A stretch of DNA of 64,000 bases from Armatimonadota bacterium (GTDB lineage Bacteria; Armatimonadota; Fimbriimonadia; Fimbriimonadales; GBS-DC): NCBI GenBank assembly GCA_037445735.1, contig JBBIJY010000001.1:1-64000 (forward strand). The letters are read 5' to 3'. Below the pieces are notes generated by a model that had not been told where the DNA came from, did no database searches, and saw only the letters and a list, made by a program, of their open reading frames with translations. Both the position numbers and the translations under genes were made by a program. Every line of letters starts with the position of its first letter. Position 1 is the stretch's first letter. This document shows positions 1 to 9,451 of the stretch, piece by piece.

Positions 1-136
1 CCACCCATACCCCCGTCGGATCCACCCACCGACTGCTGCCCGTTTCAGGCGTGCCTCCCGAAGATATTCCCACAGGCACAGCTACGAACCTACCTGCAAA
101 AGTAATCGCCAGCTGCGCCCCTTGCAAGGACCGTAT

Positions 137-1156
137 CTATTTCACACTCATGGACGGTTCCTTGTCGGGTACGATGTAGAAGTGTCGGGTGCGGTAATCG
201 AGCACCTGGCACTTGGCAGGTGGATTAACAACCGCTTCCCGTAGCTGTTTCACAAAGTCATGGTCGGGGTCTTTTGTAGCCTCGGTGAAGTACACTCGAT
301 ATTGCGCTGTGGGATGGTTCTCATTCGGCTCAACTGGTAACAGGATTGGTTCCCAGCCACTAAGCAGCCAAATGCATGCCTCAGCCGCTATAACACTACC
401 TTGAGCGGTGCGCAGGATCCCTGCTGTCTCCACCCGATAGCCAACGCCCTGTGCATCAAGCCATTCCAGGCGCCGCACCAACCAGTGCGCTGCAGGGTCA
501 ACCTCCAGACGGAAGGTTCCATGCTCGTTCGTCTCCAAAACCAACCTCAATCGCCCGCTGGACAACTGTTCCAGTTGACGAACATGACAGGATTGAATGA
601 GCTGCAACGGCAAGCGCCCTGTTGCGAACCGAATCATTTCCACCCAGCCAATTCGCTGGCGCAGCCATATGCTGAGAGTGTACCCTTGCACGCGCCTAAC
701 CACCTGATTGTTAGGTGTCAGCACTATCCTCTCAACAATGTTCAGCAAGAAGGTACCCTCTGGCTCCACCAAAACCATATCGGCCACAGGCAGGCTAAGG
801 CAGAGCTTGTCGCCGATATAACTGCTGGCGGTGGAGGGGTTGGGTGCCACATAGCCGACTTCGTGGTTAATAACTGGTTGATTCCGACGGCACGCAATGA
901 TTGTCTCATGCTGGGCGTACTTGAAACGCCAAACGATCGGTGTTCCCGTGGGAATGCCTGTGGAGGATGTTAGCAACATGGGTTCTTGGAAGAATCCTTC
1001 ACAGGTAAACGAAGCGAGCGTACGGCTCGCCCTTGTTAGCGCCTCTTTCACGCTGTCTGTCGTGAAGGGACTGTTGTTTGTCTGGCAGTCTGCGCCATAG
1101 GCTGTCGTCAGCACTATCAGCGCCGTCACCCATCGTTGTACCTGATATCGCATCAT
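137..1156 (-). CDS. Hypothetical exported protein, possible immunity/accessory partner of the upstream Rhs-like gene
   Basis: ORF with signal-peptide-like N-terminus (MMRYQVQRWVTALIVLTTAYGADC). Its ATG overlaps the upstream stop (ATGA, 1156-1153). Confidence 0.6.
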   Translation of the reverse strand: MMRYQVQRWVTALIVLTTAYGADCQTNNSPFTTDSVKEALTRASRTLASFTCEGFFQEPMLLTSSTGIPTGTPIVWRFKYAQHETIIACRRNQPVINHEVGYVAPNPSTASSYIGDKLCLSLPVADMVLVEPEGTFLLNIVERIVLTPNNQVVRRVQGYTLSIWLRQRIGWVEMIRFATGRLPLQLIQSCHVRQLEQLSSGRLRLVLETNEHGTFRLEVDPAAHWLVRRLEWLDAQGVGYRVETAGILRTAQGSVIAAEACIWLLSGWEPILLPVEPNENHPTAQYRVYFTEATKDPDHDFVKQLREAVVNPPAKCQVLDYRTRHFYIVPDKEPSMSVK

Positions 1157-2142
1157 CGGACACCTCCTGGCTCTTCCCCACCCTCGCTGGGAGGGCAGGG
1201 GAAAATGCATGTGTAGCGCGGGGTTCTTTCAGCTGTGGCTATCAAGACCCCCATCATACATATTATATCTTCTTGAGGAAAGGTGAGGCACCGCGCTCGG
1301 AGATCAAGAGAGGCGCATCTAACGCAATCTATGTAAATAGTATGAATAGTGTGATAGTCACCCGTATCAAAAGTAGTACACTGACTAAGGCGTAACTCTT
1401 GACGCGCCATCCATGCATCAGGGTCAGGCCAGGCATTACAAAGGTTCCGATTAGGATCGCCCAAAGGTTTATAATCGCATGTGGATGTGATAATTGTGTT
1501 AACTATGCATAGATTCCTGCTACATGGTTCCGTTGGATCAGGTGTAAAATGGGCACATTCTGTGACAATATCTACAAGCAGGTGACAATTGTCGCAAATG
1601 GGTGGTGGTATGGGAAGCGGTTCAGGTTGCGGTTCAGGTCGTGGTATTGAAAATTTCGGCGAGGGCTGGCTCGGATTGGCTTGCGAGTTGAACACCAGGC
1701 TGAAGCTGACGCCGTTCGCCCAGCCCACCAGCGGCACTTGCAGGCAGAGGTTGCCGTTGCCGAGGTTCACCACGCCACCATAGACGCTCGCGCTCGCGCC
1801 CCAGGCAGGGGGCAAGCCGGGGGCGGGGGCAAGAGGTGGGGTCGCTTGCAGGCGTTGCAGTGGCAGCAGCCCACTGAGCCATCGGGTGAAGCGTACCGAA
1901 AGGGGCACAGGGGGCAGAGAAGGGGCAGGTCGTGCCGTGCGCGGTTTGAGCGCCGTGCTGGCGACGGCAGGGGCAATATCAAGATGCAACAGCAATAGGG
2001 TCAGCAGGAGCGCAAGAGCGCGTCCCGCTCGGCTCATCAGCAGCTGGCGCACACTACGCAGGTCAAAAATCCCTGCTCCGCACCTGCGCACCATCCAGCG
2101 GTGGCTTTTTACCAATCCGTTCCCGATCCACATCGCCTTCAT
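1153..2142 (-). CDS. Rhs-like N-terminal region fused directly to a Cys-rich variable C-terminal tip (probable internal deletion of the YD-repeat core)
   Basis: VYGGVVNLGNGNLCLQVPL...VSFSLVFNSQ resembles the N-terminal domain preceding Rhs repeats. Sequence switches abruptly to AT-richer, Cys-rich coding at ~1656. GGAGGG RBS before ATG at 2142. Confidence 0.55.
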   Translation of the reverse strand: MKAMWIGNGLVKSHRWMVRRCGAGIFDLRSVRQLLMSRAGRALALLLTLLLLHLDIAPAVASTALKPRTARPAPSLPPVPLSVRFTRWLSGLLPLQRLQATPPLAPAPGLPPAWGASASVYGGVVNLGNGNLCLQVPLVGWANGVSFSLVFNSQANPSQPSPKFSIPRPEPQPEPLPIPPPICDNCHLLVDIVTECAHFTPDPTEPCSRNLCIVNTIITSTCDYKPLGDPNRNLCNAWPDPDAWMARQELRLSQCTTFDTGDYHTIHTIYIDCVRCASLDLRARCLTFPQEDIICMMGVLIATAERTPRYTCIFPCPPSEGGEEPGGVR

Positions 2143-2213
2143 CGCTAAGCCCTCCGTCTCCAATTGTTGCGCTGTCAGCATACCCCCTACGATTCCGCCT
2201 TTGCATAGAGAAA

Positions 2214-2248
2214 TTGACACAAACGGGCAAATTGAGTAAAATTACTCA
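2214..2248 (+). promoter_or_regulatory. Sigma70-type promoter with an overlapping palindromic operator
   Basis: TTGACA (2214-2219), 17 nt spacer, TAAAAT (2237-2242). TGAGTAA-AA-TTACTCA inverted repeat at 2233-2248. Confidence 0.6.
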
Positions 2249-2351
2249 GTCCCATACAAGCCAGGTCTCTATTGAACCCGCGTTCTCCGCCCCACCTCCA
2301 GCAGGAGAGACCACCAGCACCAGCGAAACTCATCACAGGAGGTGAACATGG

Positions 2352-2698
2352 ATGCGGCTGAAGCCCTACAAAGTGCTGGTCTATTGCCACGATGATGCTC
2401 TGCTCAACTACTTGCAGCGGGTCTTGAAACGAGATGAGGAGATAGAAGTCGTGTTCCCCCCCCCCCCCCCGCTGAACCTGTGGCAGCGGAGATTGTGGTG
2501 GAAGGGTATATCACACCGCTGGAGGTGAAACGCTTACAACAGCTGGTGGATGCAGGGAGCGTGCAGAAAGCGGCGGCGGCAGCGTGTGTCAGCGAGCGCA
2601 CCTTCCAGAATGAGCTGGGATGGATACGGGCGAAGTTAGGGGTGCAGAGCACGCTGGAGGCGGTCGTGTGGGCATTTCGCAAAGGGCTGATTCGGTAG
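2352..2698 (+). pseudogene. NarL/LuxR-type HTH regulator frameshifted at a poly-C tract
   Basis: RBS AGGAGGTG, then ATG 2352 gives MRLKPYKVLVYCHDDALLNYLQRVLKRDEEIEVVF (receiver-like start). C15 run at 2456-2470. The LuxR-like HTH (SERTFQNELGWIRAKLGVQSTLEAVVWAFRKGLI) is in another frame. Confidence 0.7.
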
Positions 2699-2806
2699 TG
2701 GATGCGTGAGGAATCGCGTGTCTATCAGCCCTGCATCTTCGGGAGGTGGAGGGCGGGGAGCAACCCCTTGCATTCGGGGGCGGGAATGTGATAAAATTCA
2801 CAAGCG

Positions 2807-4996
2807 ATGCCCAGAGCGAAAAACGCGCAACCGAAACTGGTGAATATCGAAATCAACGGTATCCCGCTGCAGGTGCCTGAAGGCGAGCTGCTGGTGGAAG
2901 CGGCTAAGCGGATCGGCGCCGACATCCCCATCTTTTGCTACCACAAGTATATGAAGCCTGTCGGGATGTGCCGCATGTGCCTGGTGGAGGTCGGCACGAA
3001 GCAGCCCGACGGCTCCGTGCGCAAGATGCCCAAGCCGCAAACCGCCTGCACCCTGCCCTGCACCGAAGGGCTGGTCGCCTGGACCGAAAGCGAGCAGATT
3101 ATCAAAGACCGCCGCGCCGTGCTGGAGTTTTTGCTGATCAATCACCCGCTGGACTGCCCCATCTGCGACCGCGGGGGCGAGTGCCCCCTCCAGAACAACA
3201 CGCAGTTTTACGGACCGCCTGTCAGCCGCTATATCGAGATCAAGCGCCATCTGCCGAAGGCGTTCCCGCTCTCGCGCTATGTGGCGCTCGATCTGGAGCG
3301 GTGCATCCACTGCGGGCGGTGCGTGCGCTTCACCGAGGAGATTTCGGGCGATACGCAGCTGGCGTTTCTGTTTCGCGGCGCCCAGATGCAGCCGCACACC
3401 TTCCAGTTGACCGAGTTCACCAGCCGATTCAGCGGCAATGTGATCGAAATCTGCCCTGTGGGCGCGCTGACCAGCCGCACCTACCGCTTTCGCGCCCGAC
3501 CGTGGGACATCGTGACGCAGAAGAGCATCTGCTCCATGTGTTCCAACGGTTGCAATCTCTATCTGGACAGCCGCAGCGGGACGATTGTGCGCATCAATGC
3601 GCGCGAGAACCCTGCGGTGAACGAGACATGGACATGCGATAAGGGCAAGTTTGAGCAGACCTACATGCATGCGCCGAACCGCCTGACGCAGCCGGTGGTG
3701 CGGCGCGGTGGCGACTGGCAGCCGCTCTCGTGGGCAGACGCCTATGAGCTGATTTTGAGCCGTGTCAGCGAAGCCCGCAAGGTGGGCGGCGGGCAGGCAA
3801 TCGCCGCGATAGCGGGCGAACGGCTCAGCAACGAGGCGCTCTATCTGCTCCAGAAGCTGTTCCGCGCCGCCTTCCAGACCAGCAATATCGACCATCGCAT
3901 GACGCGCTATCAGGGCAACTTTTACACGGACATCATCGCGCGGCTGGGCTATCCCACCAGCGCGATTGAGTATCGCGATCTGGAGAGCGCGTCGCTGGTG
4001 TTCGTGTTCGGCTCCAACCTGATTGAGGAGCAGCCGATGGTCTACCTGCGCCTGCGCAAGGCGTGGCGCCACTATGATGTGCCCGTGATGGTTGCCTACC
4101 CGCTGGAGACACCTGTTGAGGAGTTCGCCGAGCTGAGCCTGCGCTATCGCGCTGGTGGCGAACTCGCGCTGCTGGAGAGCCTGATCAGCGCCCTGCGCGG
4201 GGCGGGCATCGACGGCGGCGGGTCGGGCATCCCCACCGCGCTTCTGCAGCGCGCCGCCGAGCGGCTGAAGTCGGCAGCGGATGTGATTATTCTTGCGGGC
4301 GAGAAGGTGTGGAACCATCCCGACGCCCCGCGCCTGATCGACGCGCTGATTGAGCTGACCGCCCTGCTGCCGAACGGCTCGCTCAACCTGCTGGTTCCAG
4401 AAGCGAACTCGCAGGGCGCGATTGATATGGGCGTTCTGCCCGACCTTCTGCCGGGCTACGCGCCCGTGAATGACGGGGCAGCTCGGGCGCGCTTTGAGGC
4501 TGCCTATGGCGTGCCGCTGCCCGCCCAGCCCGGCTTGAACACCGACTCCATCTTCGAGGCGTGCCTGCAGGGAACGATCCAGCTGCTCTATCTGGCTGGT
4601 TCGAACCCGCTGGAGCGGTATTATGACCCGTCGCGGGCGGCACGGGCAATACAGGCGTGCGAGTTCGTGGTGGTGCAGGACGCGCTGATGACCGAGACCG
4701 CCCGGTACGCCGACCTGATCCTGCCCGCCTGCACCTTCGCCGAGTGCGAGGGCACTTTCACGAACTGGGAGGGGCGCGTGCAACGCTTCTGGAAAGCCAT
4801 CGAGCCGCCGGGCGACGCCAAACCCGACTGGCTCATCTTCGCCGAGCTGTGGCTGCGCGCGATGCGCCAGACGCCGCCGTTCAACCCGCGCGAGATTATG
4901 TGCGAGATCAGCGCGCTCGTGCCCCAGTACGCCGACTGCACCTACGAGCAGCTTGGCGATCAGGGATGGCGGGCAAAGGCAGGTTCCAGCGCTTAA
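2807..4996 (+). CDS. nuoG: NADH-quinone oxidoreductase subunit G
   Basis: IPIFCYH...GMCRMCLVEV, HPLDCPICDRGGECPLQ and CIHCGRCVRF Fe-S motifs, plus a molybdopterin-oxidoreductase-like C-terminus. Confidence 0.92.
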   Translation: MPRAKNAQPKLVNIEINGIPLQVPEGELLVEAAKRIGADIPIFCYHKYMKPVGMCRMCLVEVGTKQPDGSVRKMPKPQTACTLPCTEGLVAWTESEQIIKDRRAVLEFLLINHPLDCPICDRGGECPLQNNTQFYGPPVSRYIEIKRHLPKAFPLSRYVALDLERCIHCGRCVRFTEEISGDTQLAFLFRGAQMQPHTFQLTEFTSRFSGNVIEICPVGALTSRTYRFRARPWDIVTQKSICSMCSNGCNLYLDSRSGTIVRINARENPAVNETWTCDKGKFEQTYMHAPNRLTQPVVRRGGDWQPLSWADAYELILSRVSEARKVGGGQAIAAIAGERLSNEALYLLQKLFRAAFQTSNIDHRMTRYQGNFYTDIIARLGYPTSAIEYRDLESASLVFVFGSNLIEEQPMVYLRLRKAWRHYDVPVMVAYPLETPVEEFAELSLRYRAGGELALLESLISALRGAGIDGGGSGIPTALLQRAAERLKSAADVIILAGEKVWNHPDAPRLIDALIELTALLPNGSLNLLVPEANSQGAIDMGVLPDLLPGYAPVNDGAARARFEAAYGVPLPAQPGLNTDSIFEACLQGTIQLLYLAGSNPLERYYDPSRAARAIQACEFVVVQDALMTETARYADLILPACTFAECEGTFTNWEGRVQRFWKAIEPPGDAKPDWLIFAELWLRAMRQTPPFNPREIMCEISALVPQYADCTYEQLGDQGWRAKAGSSA

Positions 4997-5105
4997 GCCC
5001 TGCTCCCTGGATGGTCGTCTGGCGCAGCGCCCTTGAGATGGCGGTTCGGGCGGCGGCAGGAAAGCCACCCGCCCTGTCGAATCCTCCCCTTTGAGGAGGC
5101 ACACT

Positions 5106-5810
5106 ATGCGATCGGTACTGTTTCTAACGATGTTGCTGATGGTGCTGGCACTGGTGGGACTGGCGATTCAGCCATCCAGCAAGCAGCCCCCGCCAAACCA
5201 GTTGAGCCAGCAGGAGCAGGAATCGGGCTGGAAACTGCTGTTCAACGGCAAGGACCTCAGCGGCTGGACGGTCGCGGACGCGCCCGACGCATGGACCGTT
5301 GAGGACGGCGCGCTGACCTGCACGGGCAAAGGCGGCGGCATGATCTACGCCGACGGCGTGTACAAAAACTTCGAACTCAAACTGGAGTTCAAACTCACGC
5401 CTGGCGCCAATAGCGGCGTGTTCCTGCGCGTGTGGGATAAGGGCGACCCCGTGCAGACGGGCATCGAGGTGCAGATTCTGGACAGCTACGGCAGGGAGAA
5501 GCCCACCCGCCACGACTGCGGCGCCATCTACGACATTCAGGCACCCACTGAGAACGCCGTCAGGCCCGCTGGCGAGTGGAACAGCATGCACATCATCTGC
5601 AAGGACACCCGGATCACCGTCTACCTGAACGGTAAAAAGGTGAACGAGGTGGATCTGAGCCGCTGGACGGAGCCGTTCCGCAATCCCGACGGCACGCCCA
5701 ACAAGTTCAAATATCCCTATAATCAGATGACGCGCCCCGGCTATATCGCTCTGCAAAATCACGGTCATCAACTATGGTTCCGCAACATCCGGATTCGTCC
5801 GCTGGATTAG
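5106..5810 (+). CDS. DUF1080 family exported protein (3-keto-disaccharide hydrolase-like)
   Basis: Signal peptide; GWKLLFNGKDLSGW, NSGVF, GEWN and GYIALQNHG..WFRNIRI motifs. Confidence 0.85.
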   Translation: MRSVLFLTMLLMVLALVGLAIQPSSKQPPPNQLSQQEQESGWKLLFNGKDLSGWTVADAPDAWTVEDGALTCTGKGGGMIYADGVYKNFELKLEFKLTPGANSGVFLRVWDKGDPVQTGIEVQILDSYGREKPTRHDCGAIYDIQAPTENAVRPAGEWNSMHIICKDTRITVYLNGKKVNEVDLSRWTEPFRNPDGTPNKFKYPYNQMTRPGYIALQNHGHQLWFRNIRIRPLD

Positions 5811-5812
5811 GC

Positions 5813-6931
5813 GTGTATGCAGCTCGGCGGGCACGCCTGCGCTCGGCGCTGTTTGGGAGCGAGCGGGCGCCCGACGCCGCGCTCATTAATGGGCTGGCGA
5901 ATGTGAGCTATCTGACGGGCTTCACCGGCTCCTATGCCTGGCTGGTGCTATCGCCGGACCGTGAGCAGCTTCTCACCAGCGGCATCTACGCGACCCAGAT
6001 CCGCCAGGAAGTGCCCGACATCGCGGTCGCCATCACCCGACCGGGCGAGGAAGCGGGCGCCGTATTGACCCAGCTGCTGCGCGACTGGGGCGTCTGGCGG
6101 CTCGGCGTCGAAAGCAGCAACTCCATCGCCTTTTTGAAGGGTTTGCGGAAGCATCTGCGCAAGGCGGGCATCACACCCGTTCTGCTGACAGGCACGGTGG
6201 AGAAACTGCGCCTGATTAAAGACGCCTTCGAGCGGGAGCGCATTCGTGCCGCTGTCGCGATTGCTGACGCCGCTTTTGAACATGTCCAGCGAATGCTGCA
6301 GCCGGGCGTCGCCGAGTGGGATATTGCGATGGAGCTCGATTTTTACATGCGGCGTCAGGGCGCCTATCCCGCCTTTGAGACGCTGGTGGTCAGCGGCGAG
6401 CGCAGCGCCCTGCCGCACGGCAAGCCGACGGAGCGCAAGCTCCAGCGGGGCGACTTCGTGACGCTCGATTTCGGCGCGCGCTATCAGAGCTACTGCTCCG
6501 ATTTGACGCGCACGGTGGTGATTGGCACCGCCAGCAGCGAGCATCGACGCCTCTACTTCGCCGTGCTGGAGGCGCTGGAGCGCAGCCTGGAAGCCATCCG
6601 ACCGGGGCGGCGCGGGCGCGATATCGATGCTATCGCCCGCCGAACCCTCGACAGGCATGGGCTATCCGACTACTTCGGGCACGGTCTGGGGCACTCGCTG
6701 GGGCTGACCGTGCATGACGGCGCGGGCTTCTCCCCGCGTGAAAAGACGCGCCTGCAGCCCGGCATGGTGCTGACGGTGGAGCCGGGCGTCTATGTGCCGG
6801 GCTTCGGCGGCGTGCGCATCGAAGAGGATGTGCTGGTGACCGAGACGGGCTGTGAAGTGTTGAGCCGTTCGCCGCGCGAGCTGATGGTGTTCGATTACGG
6901 CGGGCTTATCGCTGTGAATGGTCGCGGATGA
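5813..6931 (+). CDS. Xaa-Pro aminopeptidase/prolidase (M24 family)
   Basis: YLTGFTGS, DFGARY..YCSDLTRT, HGLGH and EPGVYVPGFGGVRIEEDV motifs. Confidence 0.9.
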   Translation: MYAARRARLRSALFGSERAPDAALINGLANVSYLTGFTGSYAWLVLSPDREQLLTSGIYATQIRQEVPDIAVAITRPGEEAGAVLTQLLRDWGVWRLGVESSNSIAFLKGLRKHLRKAGITPVLLTGTVEKLRLIKDAFERERIRAAVAIADAAFEHVQRMLQPGVAEWDIAMELDFYMRRQGAYPAFETLVVSGERSALPHGKPTERKLQRGDFVTLDFGARYQSYCSDLTRTVVIGTASSEHRRLYFAVLEALERSLEAIRPGRRGRDIDAIARRTLDRHGLSDYFGHGLGHSLGLTVHDGAGFSPREKTRLQPGMVLTVEPGVYVPGFGGVRIEEDVLVTETGCEVLSRSPRELMVFDYGGLIAVNGRG

Positions 6932-7769
6932 AGTCGCTGGGCAAGCCGTTGAACTGCAGTCCTGCCAGCTTACGGGCACGCTCCAGCTCCGCGATGTCGT
7001 AGCTGTCCAGCTCGCCCGCCTGCTGATACGCAGCCATCGCTTCGTCCACCTGCCCCAGCAGCCGATAGATGTCGCCCAGCACGGTCAGGTAGACCGCGTT
7101 CTGGGGCTGGATGCGCAGCGCCGCCTGAATCGACGCGATGGCTTTTTCGGGATACTCGTTCTCGAGGCAGAGCAGTCCGTAGCGGAAGTGATAGTAGTCA
7201 TCTTCGGGGTTGAGCAGGGTGGCGATTTCCATCTCCAGCATGGCTTCGGCGATCTCGCCCGCGCGCTCCAGCAGGTCCGCCAGCCAGAATCGGAAGAAGC
7301 CGTTGCTGGGTTCGTGGTTGACCGCCTCGCGCGCGGCTTCGATGGCTGCCAGATATTGCTGGCACACGGCGAGCGTTTCGGCATATTTGAACAGCACGAA
7401 GGCGTTGCGTGCGCCGTACTCGATGGCTTTGCGGTAGTGAGCGAGCGCAGCATCGAATCGCCCGAAGCGGCGGTAAATCTCCGCCAGCGCGAAGTAGGGC
7501 TCGGGATCACGCGGGTTGAGTTTGCGGGCACGCTGATAGAACGCCAGCGCACGGGCAGGCTGATCGGCGTATGCATAGGCGTCGCCCAGATGGATGTAAT
7601 GCTCAATATTGTTGCTGTCCATCTGGATGGCTTGCCGATAGTAGCGGAACGCCTCTTCGAAGCGTCCCGCCCGCATCAGCTGGTCGCCCTTCCGACGCGC
7701 CTCCTCCGGCGATTGCGCTTTCGCTCCCTGGTCGGGCGATTCGGAATTCGCAGAGAACGGTTCGCCCAT
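6906..7769 (-). CDS. Tetratricopeptide-repeat protein
   Basis: Multiple 34-aa TPR units (A..YY.QA...D..N). Confidence 0.85.
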   Translation of the reverse strand: MGEPFSANSESPDQGAKAQSPEEARRKGDQLMRAGRFEEAFRYYRQAIQMDSNNIEHYIHLGDAYAYADQPARALAFYQRARKLNPRDPEPYFALAEIYRRFGRFDAALAHYRKAIEYGARNAFVLFKYAETLAVCQQYLAAIEAAREAVNHEPSNGFFRFWLADLLERAGEIAEAMLEMEIATLLNPEDDYYHFRYGLLCLENEYPEKAIASIQAALRIQPQNAVYLTVLGDIYRLLGQVDEAMAAYQQAGELDSYDIAELERARKLAGLQFNGLPSDFIRDHSQR

Positions 7770-7861
7770 ACGCAGGGCTATTATACCCCGTTCGATCCTC
7801 GCCTCCTGCCAGATAGCAGGAATCGGCACTGCGCCGCCGAAACCGTTCCGCACGAGGAGGT

Positions 7862-9403
7862 ATGGGCGCGATGTTGCTGTATGAGATTGTGGAGCGTTCG
7901 GCGCAGCGATTTCCGCAGAAGCCGGCAGTTATCTTTCGGGATCAGCCGATCCCGTACGCGCAGCTATGGGGGCTGGTGCAGGCGTGTGCGCGCGGGCTGC
8001 GCGATGAGCTGGGCATCCAGCCTGGCGACCGCATGGGTATTATGCTGCCCAATCTGCCGCAGTTTGTAATCACCTATCACGCGCTGGGGCACTTAGGCGC
8101 GATTGCCGTGCCAGTGAACCCGCTGCTGAAGGCGCCCGAGATTGCCTACATCTGGCGCGATGCGGGTATCAAAGCTGCCGTCACTTTCCCGCTCACGATG
8201 GAGACGGTGTTGCAGGCGAAGCCCGAGATTCCGACGCTGCAGACGGTGCTGGTGGTCGGCGCGGAGGGCGAGCTACCCCCTGGCATGCGCCCCTTCGAGT
8301 CGGTCATCCGTCCGACGGGTGAGCCGCTCGCCCGCCCGCCCGTGAGCGAGAACGACCCTGTTGTCTTCCTCTACACCTCTGGCACGACGGGCTTCCCCAA
8401 AGGCGTGATGCTCAGCAGCGACAATATTCTGTTCGATATCGAGGCGTGCCAGCAGATGCTGGAGCTGGAGCCGGACGAGCGGTTCCTGACGGTGCTGCCA
8501 CTGTTTCACTCGTTCGGGCAGACGGTCTGCATGAACTTCCCGCTCTGGCTGGGGGCGACCACCGTGCTGATGGAGCGGTTTCTGCCGCAAAGCACGATGG
8601 AAGCCATCGAGAAGCATCGCATCACGCTGTTCCCTGCGGTGCCCGCGATGTACGCGGCGATTTTGCAGGCGGCGGGCGAGCGCGACTATGACCTCAGCTC
8701 GCTGCGCTACTGCGTGTCGGGCGGCGCACCGATGCCAGAACCCGTGCTGCGAGCCTTCGAAGCCCGATACGGCTGCGCCATTCTGGAGGGCGACGGTCCC
8801 ACCGAATGCGCGCCCGTCACCAGCGTCAATCCGCCTCCCCACAAGGGCGTGCGCAAGGTCGGCTCCGTCGGTCTGCCGCTGCCGGGGGTGGAAATTAAAA
8901 TCTTCGACGAGAACGACCGCGAGCTGCCAGCGGGCGAAATCGGCGAGATAGTGGTGCGCGGGCGCAATGTGATGCTCGGCTACTACAACAACCCGGAAGC
9001 CACCGCTGAAGCGATGCGCAACGGCTGGTTCCACACGGGCGACATGGGCAGGTTCGACGAGGACGGCTACCTCTACATCGTGGATCGCAAGAAGGACATG
9101 ATTATCGTCGGCGGCATCAATGTCTATCCGAGCGAGGTGGAGAATGCCCTGATGCAGCATCCGGCGGTGCTGGACTGCGCGGTGATAGGCAAACCTGACC
9201 CGGAGCGCGGGGAGGTGCCTGTCGCCGTGATTGTGCCCCGACCCGGAACGGAGCCGGACCCGCGCGAGATTCTGCGCTTTTTGCGCGAGCGGCTGGCGAA
9301 CTTCAAGGTACCGCGCGAGGTGATTTTCCGTCAGGAGCTGCCCCGCTCGGGCACGGGCAAGGTTCTCAAGCGCCTGCTGAAAAAAGAGCTGGAGCTGGAA
9401 TAG
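7862..9403 (+). CDS. Long-chain fatty-acid--CoA ligase (AMP-binding family)
   Basis: YTSGTTGFPKGV, GWFHTGD and DRKKDMII motifs. Confidence 0.92.
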   Translation: MGAMLLYEIVERSAQRFPQKPAVIFRDQPIPYAQLWGLVQACARGLRDELGIQPGDRMGIMLPNLPQFVITYHALGHLGAIAVPVNPLLKAPEIAYIWRDAGIKAAVTFPLTMETVLQAKPEIPTLQTVLVVGAEGELPPGMRPFESVIRPTGEPLARPPVSENDPVVFLYTSGTTGFPKGVMLSSDNILFDIEACQQMLELEPDERFLTVLPLFHSFGQTVCMNFPLWLGATTVLMERFLPQSTMEAIEKHRITLFPAVPAMYAAILQAAGERDYDLSSLRYCVSGGAPMPEPVLRAFEARYGCAILEGDGPTECAPVTSVNPPPHKGVRKVGSVGLPLPGVEIKIFDENDRELPAGEIGEIVVRGRNVMLGYYNNPEATAEAMRNGWFHTGDMGRFDEDGYLYIVDRKKDMIIVGGINVYPSEVENALMQHPAVLDCAVIGKPDPERGEVPVAVIVPRPGTEPDPREILRFLRERLANFKVPREVIFRQELPRSGTGKVLKRLLKKELELE

Positions 9404-9451
9404 AGCCATACTCGCTCCGCCTCACCGACTGCTACACGGGGGGCAGGTAGC

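Noticed and set aside
2798-5104. 768-aa antisense ORF, and similar long shadow ORFs such as 46005..47726, 8273..9409 and 28631..30112
   Set aside because: They lie opposite well-supported genes and have no motifs; such ORFs are expected in high-GC DNA.
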